Shown piece by piece: positions 9,003-18,239 of a stretch of DNA of 37,636 nt. The translations under genes were made by a program, and so were the position numbers. The stretch comes from Nitriliruptoraceae bacterium (GTDB lineage Bacteria; Actinomycetota; Nitriliruptoria; Nitriliruptorales; Nitriliruptoraceae). The notes below the pieces were generated by a model. It was not told where the DNA came from and did not search any database. It saw only the letters and a program-made list of their open reading frames with translations. The stretch covers positions 1 to 37,636 of the forward strand of contig JBKHDS010000001.1 in the NCBI GenBank assembly GCA_046541215.1. The letters are read 5' to 3'. Within the stretch, counting starts at the first letter, position 1. Each line of letters begins with the position of its first letter.

Positions 9003-10339
9003 GCCACACCCACGACCGCACCATCTCGGTCGAGGCGCTGGCCCGGGTCGAGGGCGAGGGAGCGATGCACGTCGAGGTGGTGGACGGCCGCGTCGAGCAG
9101 GTGCAGCTGCGCATCTACGAGCCGCCACGCTTCTTCGAGGCGTTCCTCAGAGGCCGGACCTACCGCGAGCCCCCGGACCTCACCGCACGGATCTGCGGCA
9201 TCTGCCCGGTCGCCTACCAGCTCTCCTCGATCAACGCGATCGAGTCGTTGTGCGGTGTGGACGCACCCGGCGGACCCACGATGCCCGACGGCATCCGCCA
9301 GCTGCGCCGGCTGCTGTACTGCGCCGAGTGGATCGAGAGCCACGTCCTGCACATCTTCCTGCTGCACGCGCCCGACTTCCTCGGCTACCAGGGCGCGATC
9401 GAGATGGCCGCTGACCACCGGGACCTGGTGGAGATGGCGTTGCGGCTCCGGAAGGCGGGCAACACCCTGCTGGAGGTGGTCGGTGGCCGGGCGATCCACC
9501 CGATCAACGTGCGGGTCGGCGGGTTCCACCGAGCACCGACCCGGGCCGAGCTCGATGCGCTCACCGAGGAGCTCGCCTGGGGCCGTCAGGCCGCGATCGA
9601 GGCGACCCGGCTGGTCGCCGGCTTCGAGTTCCCGGACCTGACCCAGGAGCACACCTTCGTGGCGCTGCGCCCGGAGGCGGAGCGCCAGCCGCCCGGCTCG
9701 ACCGGGTACCCGCTGGAGGACGGGCGGCTGGTCGCCACCACCGGCCTGGACGTCCCCATCGAGGAGTGGCCGACGCACTTCCACGAGGAGCACGTCGCGC
9801 ACTCCACCGCGTTGCACGGCCGCATGCGCGCGGGCGGGACCTACCTGGTCGGCCCGGCGGCCCGCCTGGCCCTCAACCACGACCGCCTCCCCGAGGAACT
9901 GCACACGCTCGCCACCGAGGTGGACGCCATCGGCGCGGTCACCAACCCCTTCCGCAGCATCGTCGTCCGGGCGATCGAGACGGCCTACGCCTTCGACGAG
10001 GCGTTGCGGCTGATCGACGCCTACGAGCGTCCCGAACGCGCGGCCATCGAGGTGACACCGGTCGCCGGCGTCGGTCACGGCGCGACCGAGGCACCCCGCG
10101 GCATCCTCTACCACCGCTACGAGCTGGACGAGCACGGCCTCATCACCGATGCGGTGATCGTGCCCCCCACCTCCCAGAACCAGCCCGCCATCGAGCGGGA
10201 CCTGCTCGACTTCGTCCAGGCGCACCTGACCCTGGACGACGACGACCTCCAGTGGCATTGTGAACAGGCGATCCGCAACTACGACCCGTGCATCTCCTGC
10301 TCCACGCACTTCCTCGACCTGACGGTGCGACGACGATGA
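8999..10339 (+). CDS. hyhL: [NiFe]-hydrogenase large (alpha) subunit
   Basis: GTG at 8999 forms a GTGA overlap with the hyhS stop, and GAGGAGG lies upstream. N-terminal Ni-binding motif [10 protein letters not shown] and C-terminal DPCISCSTH, followed by a short 9-aa tail (FLDLTVRRR). About 446 aa, a typical group 3 size. Confidence 0.9.
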   Translation: MSHTHDRTISVEALARVEGEGAMHVEVVDGRVEQVQLRIYEPPRFFEAFLRGRTYREPPDLTARICGICPVAYQLSSINAIESLCGVDAPGGPTMPDGIRQLRRLLYCAEWIESHVLHIFLLHAPDFLGYQGAIEMAADHRDLVEMALRLRKAGNTLLEVVGGRAIHPINVRVGGFHRAPTRAELDALTEELAWGRQAAIEATRLVAGFEFPDLTQEHTFVALRPEAERQPPGSTGYPLEDGRLVATTGLDVPIEEWPTHFHEEHVAHSTALHGRMRAGGTYLVGPAARLALNHDRLPEELHTLATEVDAIGAVTNPFRSIVVRAIETAYAFDEALRLIDAYERPERAAIEVTPVAGVGHGATEAPRGILYHRYELDEHGLITDAVIVPPTSQNQPAIERDLLDFVQAHLTLDDDDLQWHCEQAIRNYDPCISCSTHFLDLTVRRR

Positions 10340-10875
10340 CCTGCCTGGTGCTGGGTGTCGGCCACCCCGACCGCGGGGACGACGCGGCCGGGCACCTGGT
10401 CGCCAGCGCCCTGGCGGAGGCCCCCGGCGTCGTCGCCCGGCAGGTCACCGGCGACCCGAGCGGCATCCTCACCGACCCGCTGTGGGACCGCGCCGACCGG
10501 GTCGTGCTGGTGGACACCGTGCGCACCGGCCGCCGGCCCGGCACCGTGCACCGCTGGGCCGGCGAGCGCCTGCTCGCCCACCTGCCCGACACCGGCGGGG
10601 GGACCCACGACCTCGGCGTCGCGACCACCCTGCAGCTCGCGGCCGCGCTGGAGCGGCTGCCGGAGGACCTCGTGGTCATCGGGATCGAGGGCTCGAGCTT
10701 CCAGCTCGGGGCGCCCCCGAGCCGGCCCGTCCGGCACGCGATCGCGATGGTCAGCGCCGCGCTGGCCCGGGAGCTGTGCGGCGACGACCAGCCCCGGCTC
10801 GAGCTAGCCCTGAGGATGACCGACCTCGCCGCCGAGCTCCCCCAGGACCGGAAGGTGCGCCTCGAGCAGCCGTGA
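10336..10875 (+). CDS. hydrogenase maturation endopeptidase (HycI/HoxW/HyaD family)
   Basis: ATG at 10336 forms an ATGA overlap with the hyhL stop. Sequence: [19 protein letters not shown]...VLVDTV...GGGTHDLG. Confidence 0.85.
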   Translation: MTCLVLGVGHPDRGDDAAGHLVASALAEAPGVVARQVTGDPSGILTDPLWDRADRVVLVDTVRTGRRPGTVHRWAGERLLAHLPDTGGGTHDLGVATTLQLAAALERLPEDLVVIGIEGSSFQLGAPPSRPVRHAIAMVSAALARELCGDDQPRLELALRMTDLAAELPQDRKVRLEQP

Positions 10876-11631
10876 GGTCGCCTCGGCGTCGCTGATGGTC
10901 GGGGTGCGGTCCCCCGCCTGGGGCCCGTACCGCCCGAACTGCGCGTGGTTCATGCCCTCGACCTCGACCATCTTCGCGTCCGCGGGCAGCAGGTCACGGC
11001 GCGCCTGGATCTCCTCAGGCGTGGACAGCCCGTCACGTGACCCGGACACGGACAGGACCTCGAGGTCCTCCCGGTCGGCGAGCCCAGCCCCCTCCACGGC
11101 GTAGGCGCCCCACAGCAGCAGGCCGTCGAACCTCCCCGGCTCCTGCCCGGCCACGAAGGAAGCCGCCATCGCCCCGCCGAGCGAGTGACCACCGACCCAC
11201 CAGGTGTCGATGTCGGGGTGGTCCGCACGCAGGTCGGCCGCTCGGGAGCGGCCGAGGATGGCGAGGTTGAGCGGCATGCGCGGGATCAGCACGAGCGTGT
11301 CGGTCGCCGCCACGATCGGCGCCCAGGTGGCGATGTAGGCGTCCCGGTGGACCCGGGCACCGGGGTAGAACACCACCGCCTGGCTGGGCGTCGAGCCGGT
11401 CGGTCGCAGCTCGACGACCGGGCCGCGGGTCACCTCCACCGCCGGGTCGGCCAGCGCGGCCTCCAACGGTCCGGCCTCTGGACCGGCCGCCAGGCTGGCC
11501 CAGACCACGAAGGCGAGGACGGCCACGACCAGCAGCCCGAGCAGGCCGAGCAGCGTCCGCCGCAGCACACCTCGGGTGGGGCGGGACGGCTCAGCCGCAG
11601 GCTCGCTCGCCGCAGCCTCGGTCACCGGCAC
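10804..11631 (-). CDS. membrane-anchored alpha/beta hydrolase, co-oriented with and immediately downstream of hypE
   Basis: TM helix LLGLLGLLVVAVLAFVVWA. VVFYPGARV, nucleophile elbow GGHSLGG, GSRDG, GMNHAQF. The start is placed at GTG 11631 (alternative 11625), 8 nt after the hypE stop. The longer track ORF, to 11775, would overlap hypE. The 3' end overlaps the convergent endopeptidase gene by 72 bp. Confidence 0.7.
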   Translation of the reverse strand: MPVTEAAASEPAAEPSRPTRGVLRRTLLGLLGLLVVAVLAFVVWASLAAGPEAGPLEAALADPAVEVTRGPVVELRPTGSTPSQAVVFYPGARVHRDAYIATWAPIVAATDTLVLIPRMPLNLAILGRSRAADLRADHPDIDTWWVGGHSLGGAMAASFVAGQEPGRFDGLLLWGAYAVEGAGLADREDLEVLSVSGSRDGLSTPEEIQARRDLLPADAKMVEVEGMNHAQFGRYGPQAGDRTPTISDAEATSRLLEAHLPVLGELGGEVGHPQG

Positions 11632-11638
11632 GCTCCGA

Positions 11639-12733
11639 TCAGCAGATCCGCGGCAGCTGCTCGCCGAGGGGGAGGTCCACGACCCGCCGGGCGCCGAGCC
11701 CGGTGCGCGCGACGACGATGCCGTGGTGCTCGTCCACCACCTCGCCGACCCGTACGGCGTCGCGTCCGTGCTCATGGGCCCGCATCGCTGCCAGGACCAC
11801 CTCGGCGTGCTCGGGGGCGACCACGGCCACGAGCTTGCCCTCGTTGGCGACGTGGGTCGGGTCGAGGCCGAGGAAGCCGCAGGCCGCGGCGACGTCCGGC
11901 GGCACCGGGACGTCCCGCTCCACGTACTCGATGCCGCTGCCGCTCGCCTCCGCCAGCTCGCACAGCACCGCGGCGAAGCCGCCGCGGGTGGCGTCCCTGA
12001 GGGCGTGGACGGCCCCGGGCGCAGCCGCGAGCATGGTCTGGACCAGGCCGGTCAGCGGCGCGGAGTCGGTGCGCAGCTCGGACTCGAACTCCAGCCCCTC
12101 GCGCAGGCTCATGATCGCCATGCCGTGCTCACCGATCGGGCCGGACAGCAGCACCTGGTCACCGGGCCTGACCTGCTTCGGCCCGAGCTCGACGCCGTCG
12201 GCGATCACCCCGAACCCCGCGGTGGTGATGGTCAGCCCGCTGCGGTCCCGGGAGCGGGCGTCGACGACCTTCGTGTCGCCGGTGACCAGCCGGACGCCGG
12301 CGGCGCGGGCGGCCCGACCCATCGCCTCGGCGATGGTGCCGAGCGTGGCGAGCTCGAGGCCCTCCTCGAGGATGAAGGCGGCGCTGAGCGCGATCGGGAC
12401 CGCCCCGGACATCGCCAGGTCGTTCACCGTGCCGTTGACCGCGAGGTCGCCGATGCTGCCGCCCGGGAAGAGCAGCGGCGTGACGACGTAGGAGTCGGTG
12501 GAGAACGCCAACCGGTCGCCGCCGGTGGGGACATCGAGCACCACCGAGTCGTGCGACGGGTCGTCGGGCGTGGCGCCGAAGGCCGGCCGGAACAGGTGGT
12601 CGATCAGCTCCTGGGAGAGCCGGCCACCACCGCCGTGCCCGGTCACGATGCGGTCGAACTCCCGCAGCGGCAGCGGACAACTCCAGGCGCCCGGGTCCAC
12701 CCCGGCGTCGAGGTCGAGGTCGAGGTCGCTCAC
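11639..12733 (-). CDS. hypE: hydrogenase maturation protein HypE (carbamoyl dehydratase)
   Basis: GTG at 12733, 2 nt after the hypD stop. AIR-synthase-like fold motifs (HGGGGRLSQELI, GDLAVNGTVNDLAMSGA, VTGDTKVV) and the invariant C-terminal PRIC. Confidence 0.9.
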   Translation of the reverse strand: MSDLDLDLDAGVDPGAWSCPLPLREFDRIVTGHGGGGRLSQELIDHLFRPAFGATPDDPSHDSVVLDVPTGGDRLAFSTDSYVVTPLLFPGGSIGDLAVNGTVNDLAMSGAVPIALSAAFILEEGLELATLGTIAEAMGRAARAAGVRLVTGDTKVVDARSRDRSGLTITTAGFGVIADGVELGPKQVRPGDQVLLSGPIGEHGMAIMSLREGLEFESELRTDSAPLTGLVQTMLAAAPGAVHALRDATRGGFAAVLCELAEASGSGIEYVERDVPVPPDVAAACGFLGLDPTHVANEGKLVAVVAPEHAEVVLAAMRAHEHGRDAVRVGEVVDEHHGIVVARTGLGARRVVDLPLGEQLPRIC

Positions 12734-12734
12734 G

Positions 12735-13838
12735 TCACACCTTCTCCGCCACGTCGAGCCGGCGGTACTGGTAGTAGGCCGCACACGCCCCCTCGGAGGA
12801 GACCATCGTCGCGCCGAGCGGGTTGCGGGGGGTGCAGGTCGTACCGAACTGCTCGCACTCGTGCGGCTTGAGCAACCCCTGTAGCACCTCACCGGAACGG
12901 CACAGCGGGGACTCCTGCACCGTGAGGTCCGCGACGTCGAAGCGGTGCTCGGCGTCGTAGGCGCGGTACCGCTCCGACAACCGCCAGCCTGACCGCGGGA
13001 TCATGCCGATGCCACGCCACTGGCGATCGCACACCTCGAAGACCCGGGTCAGCACCGCCTGCGCGGCCCGGTTCCCGGCCGCCTGCACCGCCCGTGGGTA
13101 GGCGTTCTCCACCTCGGCGCGGCCCTCCTCGAGCTGGACGAGGGCCCGGCGGATGCCCTCGAGCACGTCCAGCGGCTCGAAGCCGGTGACCACGATCGGG
13201 ACCTGGTAGCGCGCGGCGAGCGGCTCGTAGTCCTCGGTGCCCATCACGACGTTGACGTGCCCCGCGGCGAGGTAGGCGTCGACCTGGGTCAGCGGCGAGG
13301 AGGCGATCGCCTCGATGGCCGGAGGGACGAGCACGTGGCTGACCAGGACGGAGAAGTTGTCGAGCCCGCGGCGCTCGGCCTCCAGGACCGTCATGGCGTT
13401 GGCCGGAGCGGTGGTCTCGAACCCGATCCCGAAGAACACCACCTGCTTGTCGGGGTGCTCGGCCGCGAGCTTCACCGCGTCCAGCGGCGAGTACACGACC
13501 CGGACGTCCCCACCGTTGGATCGGACCGTGAAGAGGTCGTCGCGGCTGCCAGGCACCCGCAACATGTCGCCGAAGGAACAGAAGATCGTGTCGTCCCGGG
13601 CCGCGATCGCGAGCGCCTTGTCGATCGTCTCCAGCGGGGTGACGCAGACCGGGCAGCCCGGCCCGTGGATCAGCCGGACCTTGTCGGGCAGGAGCTGGTC
13701 GATCCCGTTGCGCACGATCGCGTGGGTCTGCCCGCCGCACACCTCCATCAGCGCCCACTCGCGGGTGACGATCCGCTCGATCTGCGCGAACTGCTGGGCG
13801 GCGAGGACCGGGTCGTTGAACTCGTCGAGGTACCTCAT
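12735..13838 (-). CDS. hypD: hydrogenase maturation protein HypD
   Basis: [10 protein letters not shown]...MEVCGGQTH...[12 protein letters not shown]...GFETTAP...C-terminal Cys-rich region. ATGA overlap with the hypC stop. Confidence 0.9.
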   Translation of the reverse strand: MRYLDEFNDPVLAAQQFAQIERIVTREWALMEVCGGQTHAIVRNGIDQLLPDKVRLIHGPGCPVCVTPLETIDKALAIAARDDTIFCSFGDMLRVPGSRDDLFTVRSNGGDVRVVYSPLDAVKLAAEHPDKQVVFFGIGFETTAPANAMTVLEAERRGLDNFSVLVSHVLVPPAIEAIASSPLTQVDAYLAAGHVNVVMGTEDYEPLAARYQVPIVVTGFEPLDVLEGIRRALVQLEEGRAEVENAYPRAVQAAGNRAAQAVLTRVFEVCDRQWRGIGMIPRSGWRLSERYRAYDAEHRFDVADLTVQESPLCRSGEVLQGLLKPHECEQFGTTCTPRNPLGATMVSSEGACAAYYQYRRLDVAEKV

Positions 13839-14158
13839 GTCGCGCCCTTCTCGCCGGCGGCCGCGACCGAGGCGGGCTCGTCGGGCTCGGCGGGCTCGGC
13901 GGGCTCGGCGGGCTCGGCCCCCAGCTCCTCCTCGAGGCTGCCGATGGAGCGGATCAGCTCGAGCGTCTCCAGCGCCGAGGCCTCGTCGATGCGGGTGATC
14001 GCGAAGCCGACGTGCACGAGGGTGTAGTCGCCGACCTCGGCCTCGGGCAGGTAGGCCAGGCACACGTCCTTGCGGATCCCGCCGAAGTCCACGCTCGCCA
14101 TGGGCGTGCCCTGGTCGTCGCGGATCTCCTCGATGCGTCCGGGGACCCCGAGGCACAT
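13835..14158 (-). CDS. hypC: hydrogenase maturation chaperone HypC with an extended repeat-containing C-terminal tail
   Basis: Canonical N-terminus MCLGVPGRI...[12 protein letters not shown]. Tail: [31 protein letters not shown]. The upstream part of the track ORF is rejected. Confidence 0.85.
   Translation of the reverse strand: MCLGVPGRIEEIRDDQGTPMASVDFGGIRKDVCLAYLPEAEVGDYTLVHVGFAITRIDEASALETLELIRSIGSLEEELGAEPAEPAEPAEPDEPASVAAAGEKGAT
13874..13918. repeat. five tandem 9-bp units (GGGCTCGKC) inside the hypC 3' region, encoding (AEP)n/DEP
   Basis: Units counted at 13874-13882 (GGGCTCGTC), then four copies of GGGCTCGGC up to 13918. Confidence 0.8.
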
Positions 14159-14183
14159 GATCGTTCCTTCCGTGGTGGTGACG

Positions 14184-16586
14184 TCAGTCGCTGCGGGCGG
14201 TGAGCTTCGCGGCGGCGACGGCGAGCTGACCGTACGCGAGCCCGCCGTCGTTGGGGGGCACCAGCCGGTGGGTGAGCACCGGGTGGTCGTGGTCCTCGAG
14301 CTGCTGCCGGGTGCGCGTGGTGAGCCAGCTGTTCTGGAACACCCCGCCGGTGAGTCCGACCGTACGCGGGCCGCCGTCGGCCGCAACCCGGTCGGCGACG
14401 GCCACGACCGCAGCGGCCACGGCGAGGTGGAAGCCCGCGGCGATGGCCGCAGGCTCGACGCCGTCCGCGAGGTCGGTGACGATTGCCGCGAGCAGCGGCG
14501 TCGGGTCCAGCACCAGCGGTGCGCCGGCGTGGACGCCGAGGTGGTAGCTGGGGGCCTGTTCGTCCGACCCGCCGGCGGCGGTGAACCTCTCCGCCAGCCA
14601 CTCCAGCTCGATCGCGGCCTGCCCCTCGTAGGTGATGTGTTGACGGACGCCCAGCAGGGCGCTCACGGCGTCGAACAGCCGTCCCATCGAGGAGGTCGGT
14701 ACGCACCGGACCCCGGTCTCCAGCTGGCGCTGCAGCAGGGTCCGCTCCGGGCCGCTCAGCGCCTGCGTGCAGGCCAGCTCCTCGCTCCAGGGCAGCCCGG
14801 CGGCCCACAGCGCAGCGAGCGCCATGCGGGCCGGGTTCGCCACCGCCGAGTCCCCGCCGGGCAGCGGCACGGCGCTGAGGTGGGCGGCACGGGTCGCTGC
14901 GCGCTGGCTGGCGAGCAGCACCTCCCCACCCCACACGGTGCGGTCGGTGCCGTAGCCGGTGCCGTCGAAGGTCGCGACGACCACCACCTCCTGCGGGTCA
15001 CGGCCGTGCTCGGCGAGCAGCGCTGCCGCGTGCGCGTGGTGGTGCTGGACCGCCACGAGCCGGTCGGCGTGCCGCCGTCGGGCCCAGGCGTGGGTGGCGT
15101 AGGAGGGGTGCGGATCGACGGCGACGTGCGCCGGGGTGACCTCGAAGAAGCGCGCGAGCTGGTCGCTGGTGCGCTCGAAGGCTCGGAGCGTCTCGAGGTC
15201 ACCGAGATCCCCGATGTGCTGGCTCAGCCACGCCTGGTGCCCGCGGGCGACCCCGACGGTGTTCTTCAGCTCCGCCCCGACCGCGAGCAACGGTGGCGCC
15301 TCGGCGGGCAGGGTGAGCGGCAGCGGGGTGTCCCCGCGCGAGCGCCGGATCGGCACGGGCTCGCCGTCGATGACCTGCACCACCGCGTCATCGCAGGGGA
15401 CGTGGATCTCTCGGTCGTGGGTGAGGAGGCCGTCCACGATGCCGCCCAGGCGCGTCATGACCTCCTCGTCGCGGTAGCAGATCGGCTCGCCGCTGAGGTT
15501 GCCGCTGGTCATCACGAGCACCGGGGGCACGACCACCTCGCCGCCGGGGCTGGGGGCGAGGAGGAGCTCGTGGAGCGGTGAGGAGGGCAGCATCACGCCG
15601 AGGCGGGGGTTGCCATGCGGCGCGACCGAGTCCGCCACGGGCCCGTCCGGTCGCGCCCGAGCGAGCACCACCGGCCGCTGCGGCGAGGTCAGAGCGGCGA
15701 CCTCAGCCTCGCTGAGGGACGCGATCGCCCGGGCGGCGTGCAGGTCAGCGACCATGACCGCGAAGGGCTTGTCCGGCCGCTGCTTGGCCGCCCGCAGACG
15801 CTCCACCGCCGCGGTCGAGGTAGCGTCGCAGGCGAGGTGGAAGCCACCCACGCCCTTGACCGCCACGGTGCCACCCGCTGCCAGGACCCGCTGCGCGGCG
15901 GCCAGCGCCGACTCCGTGCCGGTGCGCACAGCAGCGCTCGCCGCGGGAGCGTCGAGGAGATCCCCGGCTCCTGATCCGCGCGAGGATTTACGGAACGGAA
16001 CGGTTTCGTACCGCAAGGTCGGCCCGCACTCCGGGCACGCGATCGGCTGGGCGTGGAACCGTCGGTCGGTGGGATCCTCGTACTCCCGCCGGCACGCCGC
16101 GCACATCTCGAAGCCGGCCATCGTGGTCGACGGGCGGTCGTAGGGCAGCGCGCGGGTGATGGTGAAGCGCGGCCCGCAGTTCGTGCAGGTCAGGAACGGG
16201 TGGCGATAACGACGATCACCGGGGTCGAACAGCTCACGGCGGCAGTCAGCGCAGATGCCCACGTCGGGTGGCACGAGCGTCGCCACCGCGCCACCGGGCG
16301 GGGTCGGCACGATCCGGAAGCTCGAGGCTGACCGGTCCCGAGGCAGCGGCGTGCACGTGATCTCATCCACGCGGGCGAGCGGTGGAGCCTCGGTGCGCAG
16401 CCGGTCGAGCCAGGCGCTGACCGCCGCCTCGGGACCCTCCACCTCGGCGAACACCCCGGCAGCATCGTTGCCGACGTGCCCGACGAGAGCGAGTTCGGTG
16501 GCGAGCCGGTGCACGAACGGCCGGAACCCGACGCCCTGAACGACGCCGGTGACGCGCACGGCCATCCGGGTCCGGGTCGAGGGCAT
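14184..16586 (-). CDS. hypF: carbamoyltransferase HypF
   Basis: Acylphosphatase-like start VRVTGVVQGVGFRPF, two zinc-finger pairs (CADCRRELFDP...CTNCGPRFT; CAACRREYEDP...CPECGP), and YrdC-like and Kae1-like domains. The start is placed at ATG 16586 (GGAG 5 nt upstream), with an alternative ATG at 16565. Confidence 0.9.
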   Translation of the reverse strand: MPSTRTRMAVRVTGVVQGVGFRPFVHRLATELALVGHVGNDAAGVFAEVEGPEAAVSAWLDRLRTEAPPLARVDEITCTPLPRDRSASSFRIVPTPPGGAVATLVPPDVGICADCRRELFDPGDRRYRHPFLTCTNCGPRFTITRALPYDRPSTTMAGFEMCAACRREYEDPTDRRFHAQPIACPECGPTLRYETVPFRKSSRGSGAGDLLDAPAASAAVRTGTESALAAAQRVLAAGGTVAVKGVGGFHLACDATSTAAVERLRAAKQRPDKPFAVMVADLHAARAIASLSEAEVAALTSPQRPVVLARARPDGPVADSVAPHGNPRLGVMLPSSPLHELLLAPSPGGEVVVPPVLVMTSGNLSGEPICYRDEEVMTRLGGIVDGLLTHDREIHVPCDDAVVQVIDGEPVPIRRSRGDTPLPLTLPAEAPPLLAVGAELKNTVGVARGHQAWLSQHIGDLGDLETLRAFERTSDQLARFFEVTPAHVAVDPHPSYATHAWARRRHADRLVAVQHHHAHAAALLAEHGRDPQEVVVVATFDGTGYGTDRTVWGGEVLLASQRAATRAAHLSAVPLPGGDSAVANPARMALAALWAAGLPWSEELACTQALSGPERTLLQRQLETGVRCVPTSSMGRLFDAVSALLGVRQHITYEGQAAIELEWLAERFTAAGGSDEQAPSYHLGVHAGAPLVLDPTPLLAAIVTDLADGVEPAAIAAGFHLAVAAAVVAVADRVAADGGPRTVGLTGGVFQNSWLTTRTRQQLEDHDHPVLTHRLVPPNDGGLAYGQLAVAAAKLTARSD

Positions 16587-16777
16587 CAGCGCTCCGATCG
16601 GGGAACCGACCGCCGCCCGCCGGTCACGCGGGCACGCACGCGGCGCCGTGGTGCGACCCAACCGGTGCGGCCGGCTGCAGGGTGCAGTCTCGCGGGAGCC
16701 GGCCGGCGTGACAAGGCCGCTCGGCCCTGCCTCGAGGTCGCAAGGACCTCATCACGGCCGGGCCGGGGCCGCGGTGC

Positions 16778-17305
16778 TCACTCGACCCGCAGGGTGGCCG
16801 GAGCATCGATCCGCGCCTCGCAGCCGGAGCCCTGGAAGCACCCCAGGGCCCACTCACCGCGCAGGTCCTCGGGGACCCGCACCTCGACCCGGACGGTCTG
16901 TCCCGGCGGGACGCTGAGGGTGGTGGGCACCTGTGGATCCGCCGGCGAGATGAGCGCGCGGGGCGGGTCAGCGCGTAGCGCGCTCACCGACAACAGATCC
17001 TGCTCGAGGCCCATCGGGTGGCCTTCGAGGTGGACGGGGTCACGCCCGACCGCCACGTTGTGGTGGTAGTCGCTGGTGTTCTCCAGGACGAGCGTGACCT
17101 CCTCCCCCGCAGGCAGCACGAGGTTCGGGGGCTCGACCCGGTACCCGGACAGCTCGATCACGAGCTCGCCGTCGTGCACCGTGGCGGTGGAGCTCCCCAG
17201 GCCCGTGGTGATGGCCAGCGCCACGGCGCCGGCCAGGAGCAGCACGATCACCCACCGCAGCAGGAGCCGGCTGCCCGTCGCGGTAGCCGTCAAGGTGTCG
17301 GACAT
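16778..17305 (-). CDS. membrane-anchored cupredoxin-like domain protein (hypothetical)
   Basis: ATG at 17305 with a GGAGGTGG SD. N-terminal TM helix LLLRWVIVLLLAGAVALAI. The pattern Y-x-V-E-P-x-x-L-V-L-P-A-G-E-E-V-T-L-V-L-E-N-x-S-x-x-H-H-N, and later PPGQTVRVEVRVP...GEWALGCFQGSGCEA, resembles single-domain cupredoxin folds but lacks the canonical C-x(n)-H-x(n)-M ligand set. Confidence 0.5.
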   Translation of the reverse strand: MSDTLTATATGSRLLLRWVIVLLLAGAVALAITTGLGSSTATVHDGELVIELSGYRVEPPNLVLPAGEEVTLVLENTSDYHHNVAVGRDPVHLEGHPMGLEQDLLSVSALRADPPRALISPADPQVPTTLSVPPGQTVRVEVRVPEDLRGEWALGCFQGSGCEARIDAPATLRVE

Positions 17306-17450
17306 CTCGACCACCTCCAACGCGACCCGCGAGCCTCGTCAGGCGGCCCGCGGCGCTGTCTCGGTTCCCGGAGTCGTTCCCATCGTGTGCGCCGATGCGG
17401 GTGCTGAGTAGGGCCGAGCGGTCCTGACCATCGGCCCACCGCATGACAAC

Positions 17451-17475
17451 GAGCGGGCCCTGGAAGGACCCGCTC
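17451..17475 (-). terminator. hairpin just downstream of tRNA-Ile (candidate terminator)
   Basis: GAGCGGG (17451-17457) pairs with CCCGCTC (17469-17475). On the minus strand it is followed by GTTGTCAT. Weak U-tract. Confidence 0.25.
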
Positions 17476-17495
17476 GCGAGGTCGTGATACCGACG

Positions 17496-17570
<75 letters not shown>

Positions 17571-17656
17571 GGAGCAGCACGCGGCTGCAGCGGCGCAGCG
17601 TAGCGACGGGCGGCCGGTGTGGCGAACCGTACGGGGTGCGGGCTCTCGGCCGACGA

Positions 17657-18214
17657 TCAGCGCTGGTCGTCGAACAGCGACTCGCCGTCCTGGTCCGGCT
17701 GGGGTCGCCGGGCGCTGGACTGAGCCCGGGTGACGGAGGAGCCGGGCGCGGGAGCGGCCAGGACGCCGTCCTCCTCCTGCTCGTGCACCTCACGTTGGGC
17801 GGTGGCGCGGCGCCCGGAGCCGTGCGTCGCGTCGGCGAGCAACGCGGAACCGCCAGCGGTGGTCCTGCTGGGCGTGTCGTCGACGATGCCGACCACCAGC
17901 CCGCCGGTCAGGTCCGCGATGAGGTTGTGGAGGAACGCCAGGAAGACCAGCAGGGCGGTCTGCACGATCACCCCCATCGCGCCGAGCAGGGTGATGACCT
18001 GGAACACGCTCGAGGGCTCGACCGCGCAGGAGGTGAACCCGACGTCGAGCGCGATCTCGCACGCCTGGTCGATCAGTTGGAGCCGGTCGACGACGAACCA
18101 CACGACGCCGGCGACCACGAGGTAGACGAGGTAGAGGACGACGTTGAGGAAGGCACCGAACTTCAGCACCGACCAGGGGTCGATGCGCTTGATGGTCAGA
18201 CGCCGACGGGCCAC
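17657..18214 (-). CDS. DUF3566-type transmembrane protein (the conserved actinobacterial gene downstream of gyrA)
   Basis: GTG start with a GGAGGAG SD. RRLTIKRIDPWSVLKFGAFLNVVLYLVYLV... and a second TM region. Position and sequence pattern match the gyrA-downstream membrane protein family of actinobacteria. Confidence 0.75.
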   Translation of the reverse strand: MARRRLTIKRIDPWSVLKFGAFLNVVLYLVYLVVAGVVWFVVDRLQLIDQACEIALDVGFTSCAVEPSSVFQVITLLGAMGVIVQTALLVFLAFLHNLIADLTGGLVVGIVDDTPSRTTAGGSALLADATHGSGRRATAQREVHEQEEDGVLAAPAPGSSVTRAQSSARRPQPDQDGESLFDDQR

Positions 18215-18239
18215 GGGCTCCTCCTACATCGCGCTGAGG

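Noticed and set aside
13874-13918. Short tandem repeats (also 32462-32515 and 12703-12726) checked as possible CRISPR or minisatellite arrays
   Set aside because: The units are 6-9 bp, directly tandem without spacers, and in frame inside coding regions (HypC tail, YidC tail, HypE N-terminal DLDLDLD). They are not CRISPR.
6008-16143. Multiple long ORFs antisense or off-frame within the hydrogenase/hyp genes (e.g. 6008..7159 -, 7138..8106 -, 8055..9128 -, 8831..10309 -, 11576..12871 +, 13257..14027 +, 14070..15581 +, 15499..16143 +)
   Set aside because: Each overlaps a gene with strong family motifs on the other strand or in another frame. Long open frames in all six frames are expected at this GC content.
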